From Heterodontus francisci (Eukaryota), in contig NC_090399.1 of NCBI RefSeq assembly GCF_036365525.1, positions 49,632,430-49,696,429 on the forward strand: a stretch of 64,000 nucleotides of DNA, given 5' to 3'. Both the position numbers and the translations under genes were made by a program. Each line of letters opens with the position of its first letter. The first letter of the stretch is position 1. Positions 1 to 12,882 of this stretch are shown one piece after another. Under the pieces are notes generated by a model. That model saw nothing but the letters and a program-made list of their open reading frames with translations. It was not told the origin of the DNA and did not search any database.

Positions 1-34
1 TCATGGTTGTTTGCATTTTGCTTCATCACCCTAC

Positions 35-962
35 TGTCATGCAGGACCCACCTCCCAAGAATGATGCACATAAATTTTGCCATATGAACATTGATTTTAA
101 ACTGTTACTGGAGTGAAGAAAGAACTTGTTAAAAAAAGAAAGCACAATGGACCCTTGCCTGGAACACATTTGCATATTAACAGAAAGTGCTTGAAGGGAG
201 AAAGAGGGTATTCCCTGCTCCAATTTAACCCACAATGGACCTTTGATCACCAGGTAACGTGTGCAGAGGAGACATTCCAGGGTCCGCTAGGACAAGACAA
301 ACCACAAAGCCAGAAGTGGTTATACCAGTTGTCATGTGATTAACCTGCTGACCAACTTGGGTGTTTTTTTAAATTGCAGCAACAGTTAAGAACTCAGAAT
401 GTCTGTTTGCTCCTGGATTGAAAAGAACTCTCCTGGCTGGCTCGCCACAGCCTCTCCTGTCTGCTCCCATCTCTTACTCACAGAACTCCAAATCCACTGA
501 AGACACATGAACACCAAGAGAGAAAAATCTCCTGCAGTGAACAATTTAAGAATACTGGGCCCCAACAAAAAACAAGATCTACCTACATCAAGGACGTTAC
601 AGTGAGCTCGAAGAACCATAACAAACCCTCTTCAGATATTGCCTCAAACATTTCCATGATATTTCATCTGCTGTGTGTTCTGTCTCTATTTGCATGTGTG
701 TATCGCATATGCATGCTAACATGGGTGCATCGTTTATCCGGAGGCATTAACTGAATTAAAGTTTAAGTTTAATAAAATTTCAACTTTTCTTCTTTAAACC
801 CAAGAAAATCTGTTTCTTTGCCTTATAACTGGAAAGCTGTGAACAAGAATTCACCAAATGGGAGCTAAAAACACGGTGTGTTTAAAATTAAAACCCTGTT
901 ACGGTAAGACCAGGTGAAGGCTGAAAGGGAACCCTAGACCCCTTTCTCACCTGGTCGTAACA
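35..962 (+). repeat. 5' LTR
   Basis: TG...CA termini; AATAAA near 771; colinear with 3523-4467. Confidence 0.9.
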
Positions 963-968
963 GAAATT

Positions 969-988
969 TGGGTGGTAGTGTCCGGAAT
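969..988 (+). promoter_or_regulatory. Degenerate primer-binding site, tRNA-Pro-like
   Basis: TGGGTGGTAGTGTCCGGAAT a few bases after the 5' LTR resembles the tRNA-Pro PBS TGGGGGCTCGTCCGGGAT. Confidence 0.5.
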
Positions 989-1105
989 TGACCCACAGAC
1001 AAACGAAAGAAATTGGAAATGGGAAGCTAAATTGTTCCCAATCAAAAAAAAAGAGCAAGAATTTAATACAGGTTTTCTTGTGGTTGTGTGTGCTTGAATA
1101 CTAAC

Positions 1106-3100
1106 ATGTCTGCAACTGAAACTATTAGTTCTCCAAGCCAGAGTGAAGTAACTTGGGATAAGTTAAAATCACTGTCTGTGGAGGAGTTAAGGAAAATGGC
1201 TGAGCAGTATGGGATCACTGTACGTGGCAAGGCTAGGAAGTCTGAACTCCTAAGGCTAGTGGCCAACCATTTTTCCGTTGAATCTGAAGAAGCAGAAGCA
1301 GTGTTAGAAGCAGACCCTGACAGGGTACTGCTAGTAAAGGTACAACTGGAACAAAGGAAACTTGGATTTGAGGAAAGGAAAAAAGAGAGACAGAGGCAGG
1401 AGAGGAAGAAAGAAAGAGCCTTCCAGAAGGAACACATAGAAAATGAAAGACAGGAGAGGGAGAGAGAAAGAATATTCCAGAAGAAATGCAAAGAGAGAGA
1501 GCTGAAGCAGCTTGAGTTAACTGGGGGGGGAGGGGGCGACAGAGTAATCCCAGTGAAAGTATGGCCAATATGAAGGAGCGTAATTCAGGGCTGGGTACAG
1601 AATTGTTAAAACTAACTCAACTAATTCCAAAATTCAATGAGGTAGATGTGGAGGCATTTTTGTGTCCTTTGAGAAACTGGCAAGGCAACCAAAATGGCCA
1701 GCTGAGACCTGGCCTCTTTTATTGCATAACCAACTAACCGGAAAAGCCCACGAGGCTTATTCCCTGTTGCCAGTTGAGAGTTCATCAAATTATGAACTGA
1801 CAAAAATGCTATGCTTGGGGCATATGAATTAGTACCCGAAGCCTATCACCAAAAGTTTAGAACCATCAGGATGCAAGCTAATAAAACTTATCTGGAGTTT
1901 GAAAGAAATAAGCAGCTGGCTTTTGACCAGTGGCTGAGGGCTGTTAAAGTACAGCTCAGCTATGAGAATCTCAGAGAAGTAATTCTGTTAGAGGAATTTA
2001 AACACTCTCTCCCACTCTCCATAAAGACCCATGTAGAGGAGCAGCGGGTACAGAGAGCCTGGCAAGCAGCCTTGCTGGCCATGAGTTTTCTTTAGTTTAT
2101 AAGTCGGTTTTCCAGGGGAGAACCTTTCCTAATCATCCCCACAACTCCGAAAAGGACAAAGGGTGGTAAGTTGATTGGAGCCCAAGCAGTCCTGGGAGAG
2201 AAAGAAAAGCAGGAGATACAAGGGGTCCTCCTCTAACCAGAAAGGAAGGTGCTGTGAGCAAGAGTGAAACCTGGAGACCTGTTGCTTCCATTATAATAAA
2301 GCAGGGAATTTAAAAGCTGACTGCTGGAAACTAAAGAGAAAACTGGTAGGGTTGATCGAGGCACACCCGCTCAGTGAAGGTGGGACCCTGATGCAAAGCA
2401 CAGCAGAACAAGCTGTGGCTTTAACTGCAGTAAGAGTGTAACCCAGGAAGCTTACTACTGCAAATGCAGGAAAAGCTAATAGGATTCCTGAAGATTATCA
2501 GGGCTTTGTAACAGAAGGGAAAGTAACCCCATACTCCTCGAGTGGGACAAGCAAGCCCATAGAGATTCTCAGGGACACAGGGAACACTGGATCCCTTTTA
2601 CTGGGAAAAGGCCTGACCTTTCCCCTAGAGAGTGCAGTGAACACCAGAATGATGGTGAATGGTATTGGAGGGCAATGTATGTCTGTACCTGTATACCTGG
2701 AGTGTGATTTAGTTTCAGGACCGGTGACCATAGGGATTGTCCCTAGTTTGCTTGTGGATGGGGTTGACCCACTCCTAGGTAATGATCTGGTGGGGGTGAA
2801 GGTGGTAGCCCACTCAGTAGTGAAAGAAGGATCACAGGAGGTCAGAGAGACAGGGCAGTGGCAGGAGACAGACCCCTGCAGTATCCCAGAGGAGACTGCA
2901 TGGCACTGCAGGCAGATGGCCAAGTCTGTCTGTCTGAGACTTTCTTTGGAAAGTTAGGAGACCAAGGGAATTAATTAAATAAATTTTCCCTAGGTGAGAG
3001 TCAGAGAGCCAACCCAGTATTGTGAGAGTTAGCACAGACTGCCCACTCTGAAAATGAAGCAGAGGGAGTCCCTGATTTCTACTATTTAAAAAATGGAGTA
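1106..3100 (+). pseudogene. Decayed gag-protease of the LTR element (SAP/HeH-like N-terminus, coiled coil, SCAN-like capsid, broken Zn knuckle, aspartic protease)
   Basis: ORF pieces: LSVEELRKMAEQYGITVRGKARKSELL; AYELVPEAYHQKFR...VILLEEFKHSLP; CFHYNKAGNLKADCW (~2284-2326); ILRDTG protease motif (~2564-2581); GVDPLLGNDL. Multiple stops and frameshifts. Confidence 0.85.
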
Positions 3101-3522
3101 GAGTCTGCAGAAATACCTGCAGGCAGGAGTGTCCCTGAGGACAAAGGGGAGATGAGCAAAGAATCCTTCCACACAGTCAGAAACAAAGTGAACCACCTAT
3201 CCCTTGAAGTCAAAAGCATTTGCATGACTCAGCAAAGCACTGAAAGAGAGTTCAGGATAGACCCGCCCACTACTGACTCTCTTAGAAAAAATTCCAACTC
3301 AGGGCTATTAAAACACCTCAAAGACCCTAGGCAGCCATGGAAATGGGCAAATTGAAGAAAAACTTCCCCAAAGAACCGTATATTTATTGGAAGGCCAAAA
3401 AGGGGCAATTGTAATAAGTTTTAGGATTTATGAATGGATGGGAATGAATGAGAAAAATGCATGTTTTTTTTTCTGTATCTTATATTTTCTCAAATTGCAT
3501 TTCATTCCCTTGGGTGTGGAGG

Positions 3523-4467
3523 TGTCATGCAGAACCCATCTGTCAAGAATGAGGCACATGAATTTTGCCATATGAACATGGATTTTAAACTGTTAATAGA
3601 GAAAAGAAAGAACTTGTTAAAAAAAAACCCACAATGGACACTTGGCTGGAAAGACTTTTGCATATTAACAGACAGTGCTTGAAAGTACAAAGGGGCTATT
3701 CCTTGCTCCAACTTAACCCACAATGGACCTTTGATCACCAGGTATTGCGTGTAGAGGAGACATTCCAGGGTCTGCTAGGACAAGACAATCTACAAAGCCA
3801 GAAGTGATTAGACCAGTTGGTCATGTAACTAACCTGCTGACTAAGCTGGGGAGCTTTTGTTTTAAATTGCAGCAACAGTTTGGAACTCAGAGTGTCTGTT
3901 TGCTCCTGGATTGAAAAGACCTCTCCTGGCTGGCTCGCCACAGCCTCTCCTGTCTGCTCCCATCTCTTACTCACAGAACTCCAAATACACTGAAGACACA
4001 TGAACACCAAGAGAAAAGTCTACTCCAGTGAACCAGGTTTAAGAAGAATACTGGGCCCCAACGAAAAGAAAGATCTACGGACAATCAAGGACTCTACAGT
4101 GAGCTCGGAGAACCATAACAAACCCTCTTCAGATATTGCCTCAAACTTTTCTACGATATTTCTACTGCTCTTTCTGTCTCTATTTGCATGTCTGTTTCGC
4201 GTATGCATGCTCGTGTGGGTGTGTCATGTATCCATTAGCGTTAACTGAATCAGAGTTTAAGTTTAATAAAATTTCAACTTTTCTTCTTTAAACCCAAGAA
4301 AATCTGTTTGTGCTGTTTTCTTTGCCTTATAATTGGAAAGGGGTGAACAAGGATTCACCAAAGGGGGTGCTAAAAGCACAGTGTGTTTAAAATTAAAATC
4401 CTGTTACAGTAAGACCAGGTGAAGGCTGAACAGGAACCCTAGACCTCTTTCTCAATTGGTCGTAACC
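3523..4467 (+). repeat. 3' LTR, preceded by purine-rich tract GGGTGTGGAGG (3512-3522)
   Basis: Colinear with 35-962; PPT-like tract immediately upstream. Confidence 0.9.
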
Positions 4468-4471
4468 CTAC

Positions 4472-4982
4472 TCTCACGCCCACATTTCTCTCCTTGGCCT
4501 GTTGCAGTGTTCCAGTGAAGCTGCAAGCTTGAGGGACAGCACCCCATCTTCCAATTAGGCCCTCTAAAGCCCTCTGGACTCAACATTGTGTTCAACATCT
4601 TCAGACCATGAATGCCATTTTGAATGGCACATGGTAGAAAAAAGTTTTTCAGTTTTTTCTTTTCATACAGAGTTGTTCATTATTTAACCATTAACTCTAT
4701 CTATGGACAAATGCTTTGTCTTTTTCTATGGCTCTGACTACTCCCTTTGTCTTTTGTCCCATGGCATCTTTGTCATTTAATCTCTCCTGCCCTCTGCCAT
4801 ATCACACATCTCCCCTTTTGTTCTTCTTCGCCCCTCCCCCATCCACTTGCTCAAAGTCTATTATGTTTCTAACCTTTACCAGTTCTGATAAAAGGTTACA
4901 GACCTGAAACGTTAACTCTGTTACTCTCTCTACAGATGCTGCCAGATCTGCTGTGTATTTCCAGCACGTTCTGTTTTTATTG
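4472..4982 (+). mobile_element. Penelope-like element 3' fragment (GIY-YIG C-terminus plus pLTR with hammerhead); its 5' part is at 1-34
   Basis: Removing the LTR element and one TSD copy restores the frame HFASSPYSHAHISLLGLLQCSSEA, followed by KLEGQHPIFQLG...PSGLNIVFNIF. Same family as 54640-55345. Confidence 0.8.
4881..4917 (+). ncRNA. Decayed minimal type I hammerhead ribozyme (Penelope-associated)
   Basis: AGTT-CTGATAA-AAGGTT ACA GACCT-GAAA-C-GTT-AACT: stem I AGTT/AACT, stem II AGGT/ACCT, core CUGAUGA carries G8>A. Confidence 0.7.
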
Positions 4983-5014
4983 TGGAACAGCTCTCGATGC
5001 ATTCTGCAATTACA

Positions 5015-5620
5015 TAATATTTACAGCACAGAAACAGGTAATTTGGCTCAAATGGTCTATGCTGGTGTTTAAACTCCATACAAACCCTCTTCCACTCTAT
5101 TTGGTTCATCACTCCCTATCAACAAGTCCCTCTATTCCTTTCTCCTTCATGTGTTTATCTAGCTTCCCCTTAAGTGCAACTATGCTATTGCCACAACCAC
5201 TCCATATGGTAATGAGTTCCACATTCTCACCACTCGGAGTAAAGGAATTTCTCCTGATTTCCTTGTTGGACTTATTAGTGACTATCTTATATTTAGTTTT
5301 GGATGTGCCACAAGTTGAAATATTTTGTCTAAGCTTAATCTATTGAACTCCTTCATAATGTTAAAGACCTCTATCAGGTCACTTCACCTTTCTACAGAAG
5401 ACAGCCCCAGCCTGATGAGTCTTTCCCAATATGTATGCACTCTTGCAATTCTTTTTTTGTATTTTTCCTTTGTCATATGGGTGTCAGAGCTTGCTGTGTT
5501 CCAAGTGTAGTGTAATGAAGGTTTCATACAAGTTCACTGAACATCTCAGCTTTTGAAGTTCATTCCACTGGAGATTAACCCCAGTGCCCTGTTTTCACTT
5601 TTCATAGCTTTGCTAACCTG
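5015..5620 (-). mobile_element. Old CR1 LINE 3' fragment
   Basis: Degenerate match to the CR1 ORF2 end and 3' UTR seen at 48940-49330 and 44930-45440. Confidence 0.65.
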
Positions 5621-6359
5621 GATTATAATTAGGTTCATACAAATCTCAAGATTTAAAATTCAGCAAATCATTTTAATAGGGCAGATTTTTTTTTTGGTAA
5701 CGTTTAAAATTCGGTTTGCGCATACCGTCCTGGCAAATGGGGTTCCAGTGGCACTTCACGGTCCACACATGGTTCACTCTAAGGGTCCTAGAGCAGAAAT
5801 TCCCTTGTGCAGTGGATGCAAGTGTTAGCACAGTCTATGAAATTCTCAACCTACAGTATTTTGTTTTATGTCAGCACGACATATGGTGTACTTATGACCT
5901 TTCTATAATCCCACACCTAGCAAATGCTTATTTAACTTAACTTCCTTAAATTTTGACCTGTTGTATCATTTCTTTTATATGTTGACAAGGTAATACTGTT
6001 AGTGAACATGGGCTTGATATATTGACTAAAAGCTGAACTTCTCTCATGGCCACATCCTGACACTCTCCCAAATGGGCACCAAATGGCAATTCTACCTATC
6101 CAAGCCTAAACAGACAGGTTATTCGCTAATAGGTGGAGAATCCCTGCATAAAAAACAGCCAGTGATAAGGCAGAACATTAAAGGCCCATTGGCCTTGCTT
6201 TAGTTATTGATAAACTACTAGAGTCTCTAATAGAAGGTGAAATCAGGTTCTTCTTCTAATAGAAGGTTGAACCAGCATGGACTTTTAAATGGCTGTACCA
6301 TATTGAACTAAGCTTATTAAACTCTTTACAGAGCATTCTGCTACTTTCCCCCAACCTCC

Positions 6360-6715
6360 ACACGCTCTGACTTTTCTCTCTTCTTTTTGTCACTGTCTCT
6401 TCCTCTGTCTCTTTCTATCTCTTGCTCTCTACTCTCTCTATCACTGTCTTTTTCTTTACTCTCTGTTTCTGTCCTTGTCTTGTCTGTTTCTTTGTTTCAG
6501 TCTCTTCTCTCTCCCTCTTTCTCTGTCCATCCCTATTCCTCCCTCCTCTCTGCTTCTCGACCTATCCCCAGCTCTGTCTCTATCTCTCTTTTTCCCTGTG
6601 TCTCTCTTTTTCCCTGTGTCTATTTCATCCTCTATCTCCTTCTCTTGCTCATTCCATTTGTCACTGTCTCTCTGTTTGTCACTCATTCTCTGCCTGTCAC
6701 GATCTCTGTGCCCCC
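6360..6715. repeat. CT-rich low-complexity tract
   Basis: Almost exclusively pyrimidines on +; degenerate (CT)n/(CTGT)n. Confidence 0.85.
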
Positions 6716-6987
6716 CTATATGGCATTTAAAGGAACTGAATAAATTATCTCTGTGCTTATGTATAAAACCAGGCAGTCTGAGACAGCCCTTTAATTAATG
6801 CAGTCAACTATGTTTGTCTGACCCTGTGACTTTGTGCCTGTTTGTTGTCTATATTTAATGTTAGTGCAAATCCCAATTTGCCTTGAATAAGAATCTACTG
6901 TAATTGGGATTTTGTGTGTACACACCAGGGGAGATTTGTACACTTGCTGGAGTTTCATTTGAGGGAAAAATGTGTACACATTAAACT

Positions 6988-9900
6988 AGGATGTGAACAT
7001 CACTGGCAAGACCAGCATTTATTGCCCATCCCTAATTATTTTTAAAATTCATTTCATGGGATCTGGGCATTGCTACCAGGCCAGCATTTATTGCCCATCC
7101 CTAATTGCCCTTGAGAAGGTCGTGGTGAGCTGCCTTCTTGAACAGCTGCAGTTCATGTGGGGTAGGTACACCCACAGTGCTTTTGGGAGTTCCAGGATTT
7201 TGACCCAGCGACAGTGAAGGAATGGTGATATAGTTCCAAGTCAGGGTGGTGTGTGACTTGGAGGGGAACTTGCAGGTGGTGGTGTTCCCATGCATCTGCT
7301 GCCCTTGTCCTTCTAGTTGGTAGAGGTCACAGGTTTGGAAGGTACTGTCGAAGGAGCCTTGGTGCATTGCTGCAGTACTTCTTATAGATGGTGCACACTG
7401 CTGCCAATGTGCATCGGTGGTGGAGGCAGTGAATGTTTGTGGATCCGGTGACAATCAAGCGGGCTGCTTTGTCCTGGATGGTGTCGAGCTTCTTGAGTGT
7501 TGTTGGGGCTACACCTATCCAAGCAAGTGGAGAGTATTCCATCACATTCCTGATTTGTTCCTTGAAGATGATGGACAGGCGTTAGGGAGTCAGGAGGTGA
7601 GTTACTCGCTGCAGGATTCCTAGCCTCTGGCCTGCTCTTGTAGCCACGGTATTTATATGACTACTCCATTTCAGTTTCTGGTCAATGGTAACCCCTAGGA
7701 TGTTGATAGTGCCCTTGAGAAGGTGGTGGTGAGCTGCCTTCTTGAACTGCTGCTGTCTATGTGGGGTAGGTACACCCACAGTGCTGTTAGGAAGGGAGTT
7801 CCAGGATTTTGACGCAGCGACAGTGAAGGAACAGCGATGTAGTTCCCAGTCAGGATGGTGTGTGACTTGGTGGTGCTCCCATGCATCTGTTGCCCTTGTC
7901 CTTCCAGGTGGTAGTGGTCACAGATCTGGAAGATGCTGTCTGAAGGAGGCTTCACGAGTTGCTGCAGTGCATCTTGTCGACAGCACACACTGCAGCCACG
8001 GTGCGCCTGTGATGGAGGGAATAACTGCTAAGGTGGTGGATCGGGTGCCGATCAAGCATGCTGCTTTGTCATGGATGATGTTGAGCTTCTTGAGTGTTGT
8101 TGCAGCTGCACTCAACCAGGCAAGTGGAGTGTATTCCATCACATTCCTGACTAGTGCCTTGTAGATGGTGGAAAGACCTTGGGGAATCTGGAGATGAATT
8201 ACTTGCCACAGAATTCACAGCTTCTGACCTGCTCTTGTAGTAATTGTATTTATCTGGCTGGTCTAAGTTACGTTTATGGTCAATGGAACCCCTAGGATGT
8301 TGGTTGTGGGGGATTCAGCAATGGCAAAGCCATTGAAAGTCAAGGGGAAATGGTTGAATTCTCTCTTGGAGATTGTCATCGCCTGGCATTGTGTGGCACA
8401 AATATTACATGCCACTTATCAGCCCAAACTGGAATGTTGTCTAGGTCGCGAATGGTCTGAACATTGTGCAATCATCAGCGAACATCCCCACTTCTTACCT
8501 TATGATGGAGGGAAGGTCATTGATGAAGCTGCTGAAAATGGTTGGCCTAGGACACTACCCTGAGAAACTCCTGCAGTGATGGCCTGGGACTGAGATGTTT
8601 GGCCTCCAACAACCACAACCATTTTCCTTTGCGCTAGGTATGATTCCAACCAGTGGAGAGTTTTCCCCCTGATTCCGATTGACTTCAATTTTATTAGGGC
8701 TCCTGATGCCATACTCGGTCAAATGCTGCCTTGATATCAAGGGCAGTCACTCTCACCTCACCTCTGGAGTTCAGCTATTTTGTTCATGTTTGGAAAAAGA
8801 CTGTAATGAGGTCTGGAGCCGAGTGGTCCTGACAGAACCCAAACTGAACATCGATGAGCAGGTTGTTGCTGAGTAAATGCCGCTTTATAGCACTGTCGAC
8901 GACACCTTCCATCACTTTGCTGATGATTGAGAGTAGACTGATGAGGTGGTGATTGGCTGGACTGGATTTGTCCTGCTTTTTGTGGACCGGACATACACTG
9001 GGCAATTTTCCACATTCTTGGGTAGATGCCAGTGTTGTAACTGTACTGGAACAGCTTGGCTAACGGCGCAGCAAGTTCTGCAGCACAAGTATTCAGTACT
9101 ATTGCCGGAATCTTGTCAGGGCCCATAGCCTTTGCAATAAAGGCCTGCTACCTGACCTAAACCCGACGGGACCCAACGACAGTTGTGGGGTTTGGGTCGG
9201 GTCCCGGTCGCTCTTCCAGGTCCAGCTTTCGGGCTCGGGTCGGGCCGGGTCCAGGTCGGGCCGGATCTGGATCGGGCACACACAGTACTACCTTTTGCTC
9301 TGCTGGGAGGAAAAGGGAAGTTGAGTACGTAAGCGTCAAAATTTGAAAAGCCTGCCTGAGCTGGGAGTCCGGGACGTCAAGGAGGGAAACGTGCATCTGG
9401 ACTAAACAGACTCTGAGTCTGCGCAGTGAGCGAGTGAGCATCTCTATGACATCACCGTGCTCAGGCTGCAGCTTCCTTCCATTCCATCCATCCAAAAGTG
9501 GTAAGTACAGTGAGTGCACTATGGTCAGGTCGGGCTCGGCTTGGGTTGGCTCAGGCATGGGAAAAATGGAAGGACTTGGGTCAGGTCGGGCTCGGGTCCA
9601 ATGTGGTTCAGTCGGGTTCAGGTCGGGTTTTTTTTCCAGACCCGAGCAGGCCTTTATTTTGCAGTATCCAGTGCCTTCAGTCGTTTCTTGCTATCACGCG
9701 GACTGAATTGAATTGGCTGAAAATTGGATCTGTGATGCTTTTTTTTTGCAGTAACGTGCTGAGCTCCCCCATCATTGAGATTGGGATGTTTGTGAAGCCT
9801 CCTCCTCCGGTGTGTTGGTTACTAGTCCTCCACAGTTCACAACTGGATGTGGCAGGATTGCAGAGCTTTGATCTGATCCATTTGTTGTGGGATCGATCAG

Positions 9901-10196
9901 CTCTGACTATCGCCTGCTGTTTTCACTGTTTAGCATGCATGTAAGCCTGTGTTGCAGCTTCACCAGGTTGGCACCTAATTTTTAGGTGTGCCTGGTTCTG
10001 CTCCTGGCATGTGCTCCTGCACTTTTCATTGAACCAGGGGTGATCCCCTGACTTGATGGTAATGGTAGAGTGAGAGATATACCGGGCCTTGAGTTTACAG
10101 TTTGTGGTTGAATGCGATTCTGCTGCTGCTGATGGCCCACAGCATCTCACAGATGCCCAGTTTTGAGCTGCTAGATCTGTTCTGAATCTATCCCAG
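6988..10196 (-). mobile_element. CR1/L2-group LINE copies: a tail remnant, a 3'-only copy (~7055-7710) and a longer copy (~7710-10196) interrupted by a MITE
   Basis: Minus-strand RT peptides GPDKIPAIVLNTCAAELAAPLAKLFQYSY, AGVSQGSVLG and MEYSPLAW...LKKLDTIQDKAARLI; repeated 3' tail GCATTTATTGCCCATCCCTAATT. Same family as 30230-32245. Confidence 0.88.
9138..9656. mobile_element. hAT-like non-autonomous DNA transposon (MITE)
   Basis: TIR TAAAGGCCTGCT / AGCAGGCCTTTA. Imperfect 8 bp TSD CTTTGCAA / TTTTGCAG; the intact LINE site reads CTTTGCAG. Many subterminal TCGGG/CCCGA motifs. Confidence 0.8.
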
Positions 10197-12249
10197 TGTG
10201 ACCGTGTCCTTACTTACTGAATCAAGGTCACGAGAGATTTGGAAGTTTTTTTATCAACACCTAATTGTTCTTCGAACATAAAGGAGTCAACTATGTGGCT
10301 TGTGCCTGGATTCCCATGTAGCACAGTCCTTCTATCAGTGATGAAGTGATTTATGACTTTAACCCCATATCGGGACTAAACCAAATCAAGTGTACATCCT
10401 TATGAGCCTCCTCTAATTAAGTTCAAACTAGACAGATTCCTACAGACACATGTTTGAGTCTGAAGAACTGCACTAGTCTTCCCTTAAAGAAAGAAAACTA
10501 ACAGAGAATATTATTATCTTTCAGATATGCTATTTTTTAATAATTATGGCTAAGTCTTAAAAACCCCAGATATTATAAGGGTCTGGGAAACTCTCTTCAA
10601 TGAGTGTCTCCCCACTAAAGGAGACACAGAGAGGGGGGTTCTTGTGGGTGTATACAGAATGCTACATGAGACGATTTATTAACTTTTATATATTTATTAA
10701 AGAATTGAACATGCAATACACTTTAAATGGATAAGTATACTCCAATATCAAAGATTACTAAGAGATGTAAAACATAATCTTATTTCTAAAATAGAATCCA
10801 AAGGTTCAGCCTTGACAACGTTACAGCAAAATATCTTAGAATATCCATCAAAATTCAAAGTAATCTGTTACCTTAAATTCCCTAAGTAAGCCTCTTCCCT
10901 TTCAAGCCAAAACACTCTCAGTTAAGAACAGAATTCTCCTGTCATGCAGTCATCCGTTCTTACCACAGGTTGAGAAGCATTGATGAGGAATTCAATACTT
11001 CTGATTTTTTGATTCAAAACTCTCATGCTTATACTGTTTCTAATCTATTAACTCATCTTTTGCAATGTAGGCGTTACCTTTCTGTGCATGTTTTTCCCCA
11101 CATTCATTGTCCATATATGGTAATATCATGACCTATTTATTCCCAATTAATTATCTGCTGAGAATTCCCTTCTCGTGAAGTTGTGAGTTTTTATCTGGTC
11201 AAAATGCTTGTAGTGTTTTATAGTTAACACTAAGACTTTGTTTTATTGTTTACTTAGCTTCATAAATGTGTCTTATACTTAAAAGATTTTTAATTAAATT
11301 TGTGCAGTAACTGGGTTTTTTTCCTTTTTGGGTTAAATTGGGTTTATGTAGATAACATTTCATTTTGTGATTGATCATCTGTGATGGTTCTATGATGATA
11401 CCTTGTACCATCTCCTTAAGTCAGTTTGTCTATATCATTAACATTATCAACTAATTAGGATTATAGTTATCAGTATAGACCACGTATAGCATATCTTGGT
11501 GTGTTTCATCTTCTAATTCCAATGTAGCAGAGAACTTGGGAATGGATTTTTTAACTTAAAAGGTGATTCTGGTTCACGTTCCATTGTAACAGGGATGTTC
11601 ATGGATTTTTAACTCTGCCCTTAAAGGGAATTTCAGTGAGTCTTGAAAACTAACCATTTATTCAATTTTTATTTCTAAAAGGTATAATATATTAATTCTA
11701 CCTAATAAAGCCTATTATACCTATATTTCATCACAGTGATAGGATCCCTTCCCTCAAGCAGTTTTACTTCAACCCTTTTCATCATGAATGTCTGGCATCG
11801 GCCACAAATTGACAAGGGCTGGAATTTTACTGTTGACGGCAGCTCAGAGTCCGAAGAGGCGGAGGCGGGTGAAGAACCCGCTCCCGCTCCACAATTCATG
11901 GCCGCCAGTATCGCGCGCGGGGCAGCCAATTAGTGGCCCCGTGGTGTACTTCTGCCAGAAAAGGGCTCGCGGGTGGGAGGCTGAGCGTCAGTGGGGACGG
12001 GGGCGAGTTTCGGAAGAGTCTGCTGAAAGCCATTTAAAAAGGCTTTCAGCAATCTCTGTGGTTCATAAAGGCTTACCTGAAGCAAGAAGGAGGACGTTCA
12101 TAGGAGACACTGGACATATGCGAGGAAAAAGCAAAGGTCTGAGGCTGAAAGGACCGTAGGAGATCAGAAAGTGCTCAGCAAGCCAACACTTTAGCAAAAT
12201 CAGACATCCAACAGAGCCTGCCTGCAGGAAGGGAGAGAGAAGTAGCTGC

Positions 12250-12880
12250 ATGGCCCCCCGCTTCTTCACATGTCCTCCTCCAGGCAGCTGGGGCAAGGCA
12301 GGAGCTCCTCTTCCTATCCGATGGAAGAAGGAGGCCTCCCTAAGTCACACAGAAGGCTTGCCTGGAGGTAGCGGAGGAGGTCAGCAGCCACAGCTTTGTT
12401 AGGCAGATATGACCCCAATGCCACAAGCGGGTCAATGACCTTATGCGCTCTGCCCGGGTAAGGGGCATTCCGCACTCATCTCATCTTTAATGTAACACGG
12501 GAGGGTCAATGAATGCTGAAGCTGCAAGGTGGAAGCCATCCTTGTCCAGTGCTTGGCTGCAGCCATGTCTTGGACCGCATGATGGCACATCTGTGACGCT
12601 GAGTGGTCCAGATGTGTTCCATCCCTGAACTTCACTGGCATTGCTTTGAGATGCAGCACTCAGCCCAAGGGGTGAGTGGGTGATCTTCCAAGTGATATGC
12701 CTTAACTAAGTCCTTTGTGTATACACAGGGGAATAAGGCACATAATGCCTGTGAGAGGTGCCAGACCAGTGGTGGCATGGCCAACCTTGCATGTCTGAGC
12801 CGACTGGAGGATGATGCATTAATGCTAGCAGGGGAGGACGGAGGATACGCTATAACTGATGGCGAGGCCGGTGCACCTGG
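12250..12880 (+). pseudogene. Harbinger Myb/SANT-like DNA-binding gene, decayed (exon ~12250-12457, second exon from 12729)
   Basis: LLQAAGARQELLF..DGRRRPP*..LEVAEEVSS...QCHKRVNDLMRSAR, then a GT donor at 12458. AG acceptor at 12727-12728 precedes GNKAHNACERCQTSGG. Stops and frameshifts present. Confidence 0.75.
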
Positions 12881-12882
12881 CC

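Larger units (their letters stand above)
35..4467 (+). mobile_element. Internally deleted Gypsy (Gmr1-type) LTR retrotransposon
   Basis: Two ~930-945 bp direct repeats (35-962, 3523-4467) start TGTCATGCAG and end GGTCGTAAC(A/C). CTAC flanks both ends (31-34, 4468-4471; 4 bp TSD). The interior has decayed gag and protease but no RT. Confidence 0.92.

Noticed and set aside
6387-6798. Hydrophobic S/L/F-rich ORFs resembling membrane proteins
   Set aside because: Translations of a CT-rich low-complexity tract.
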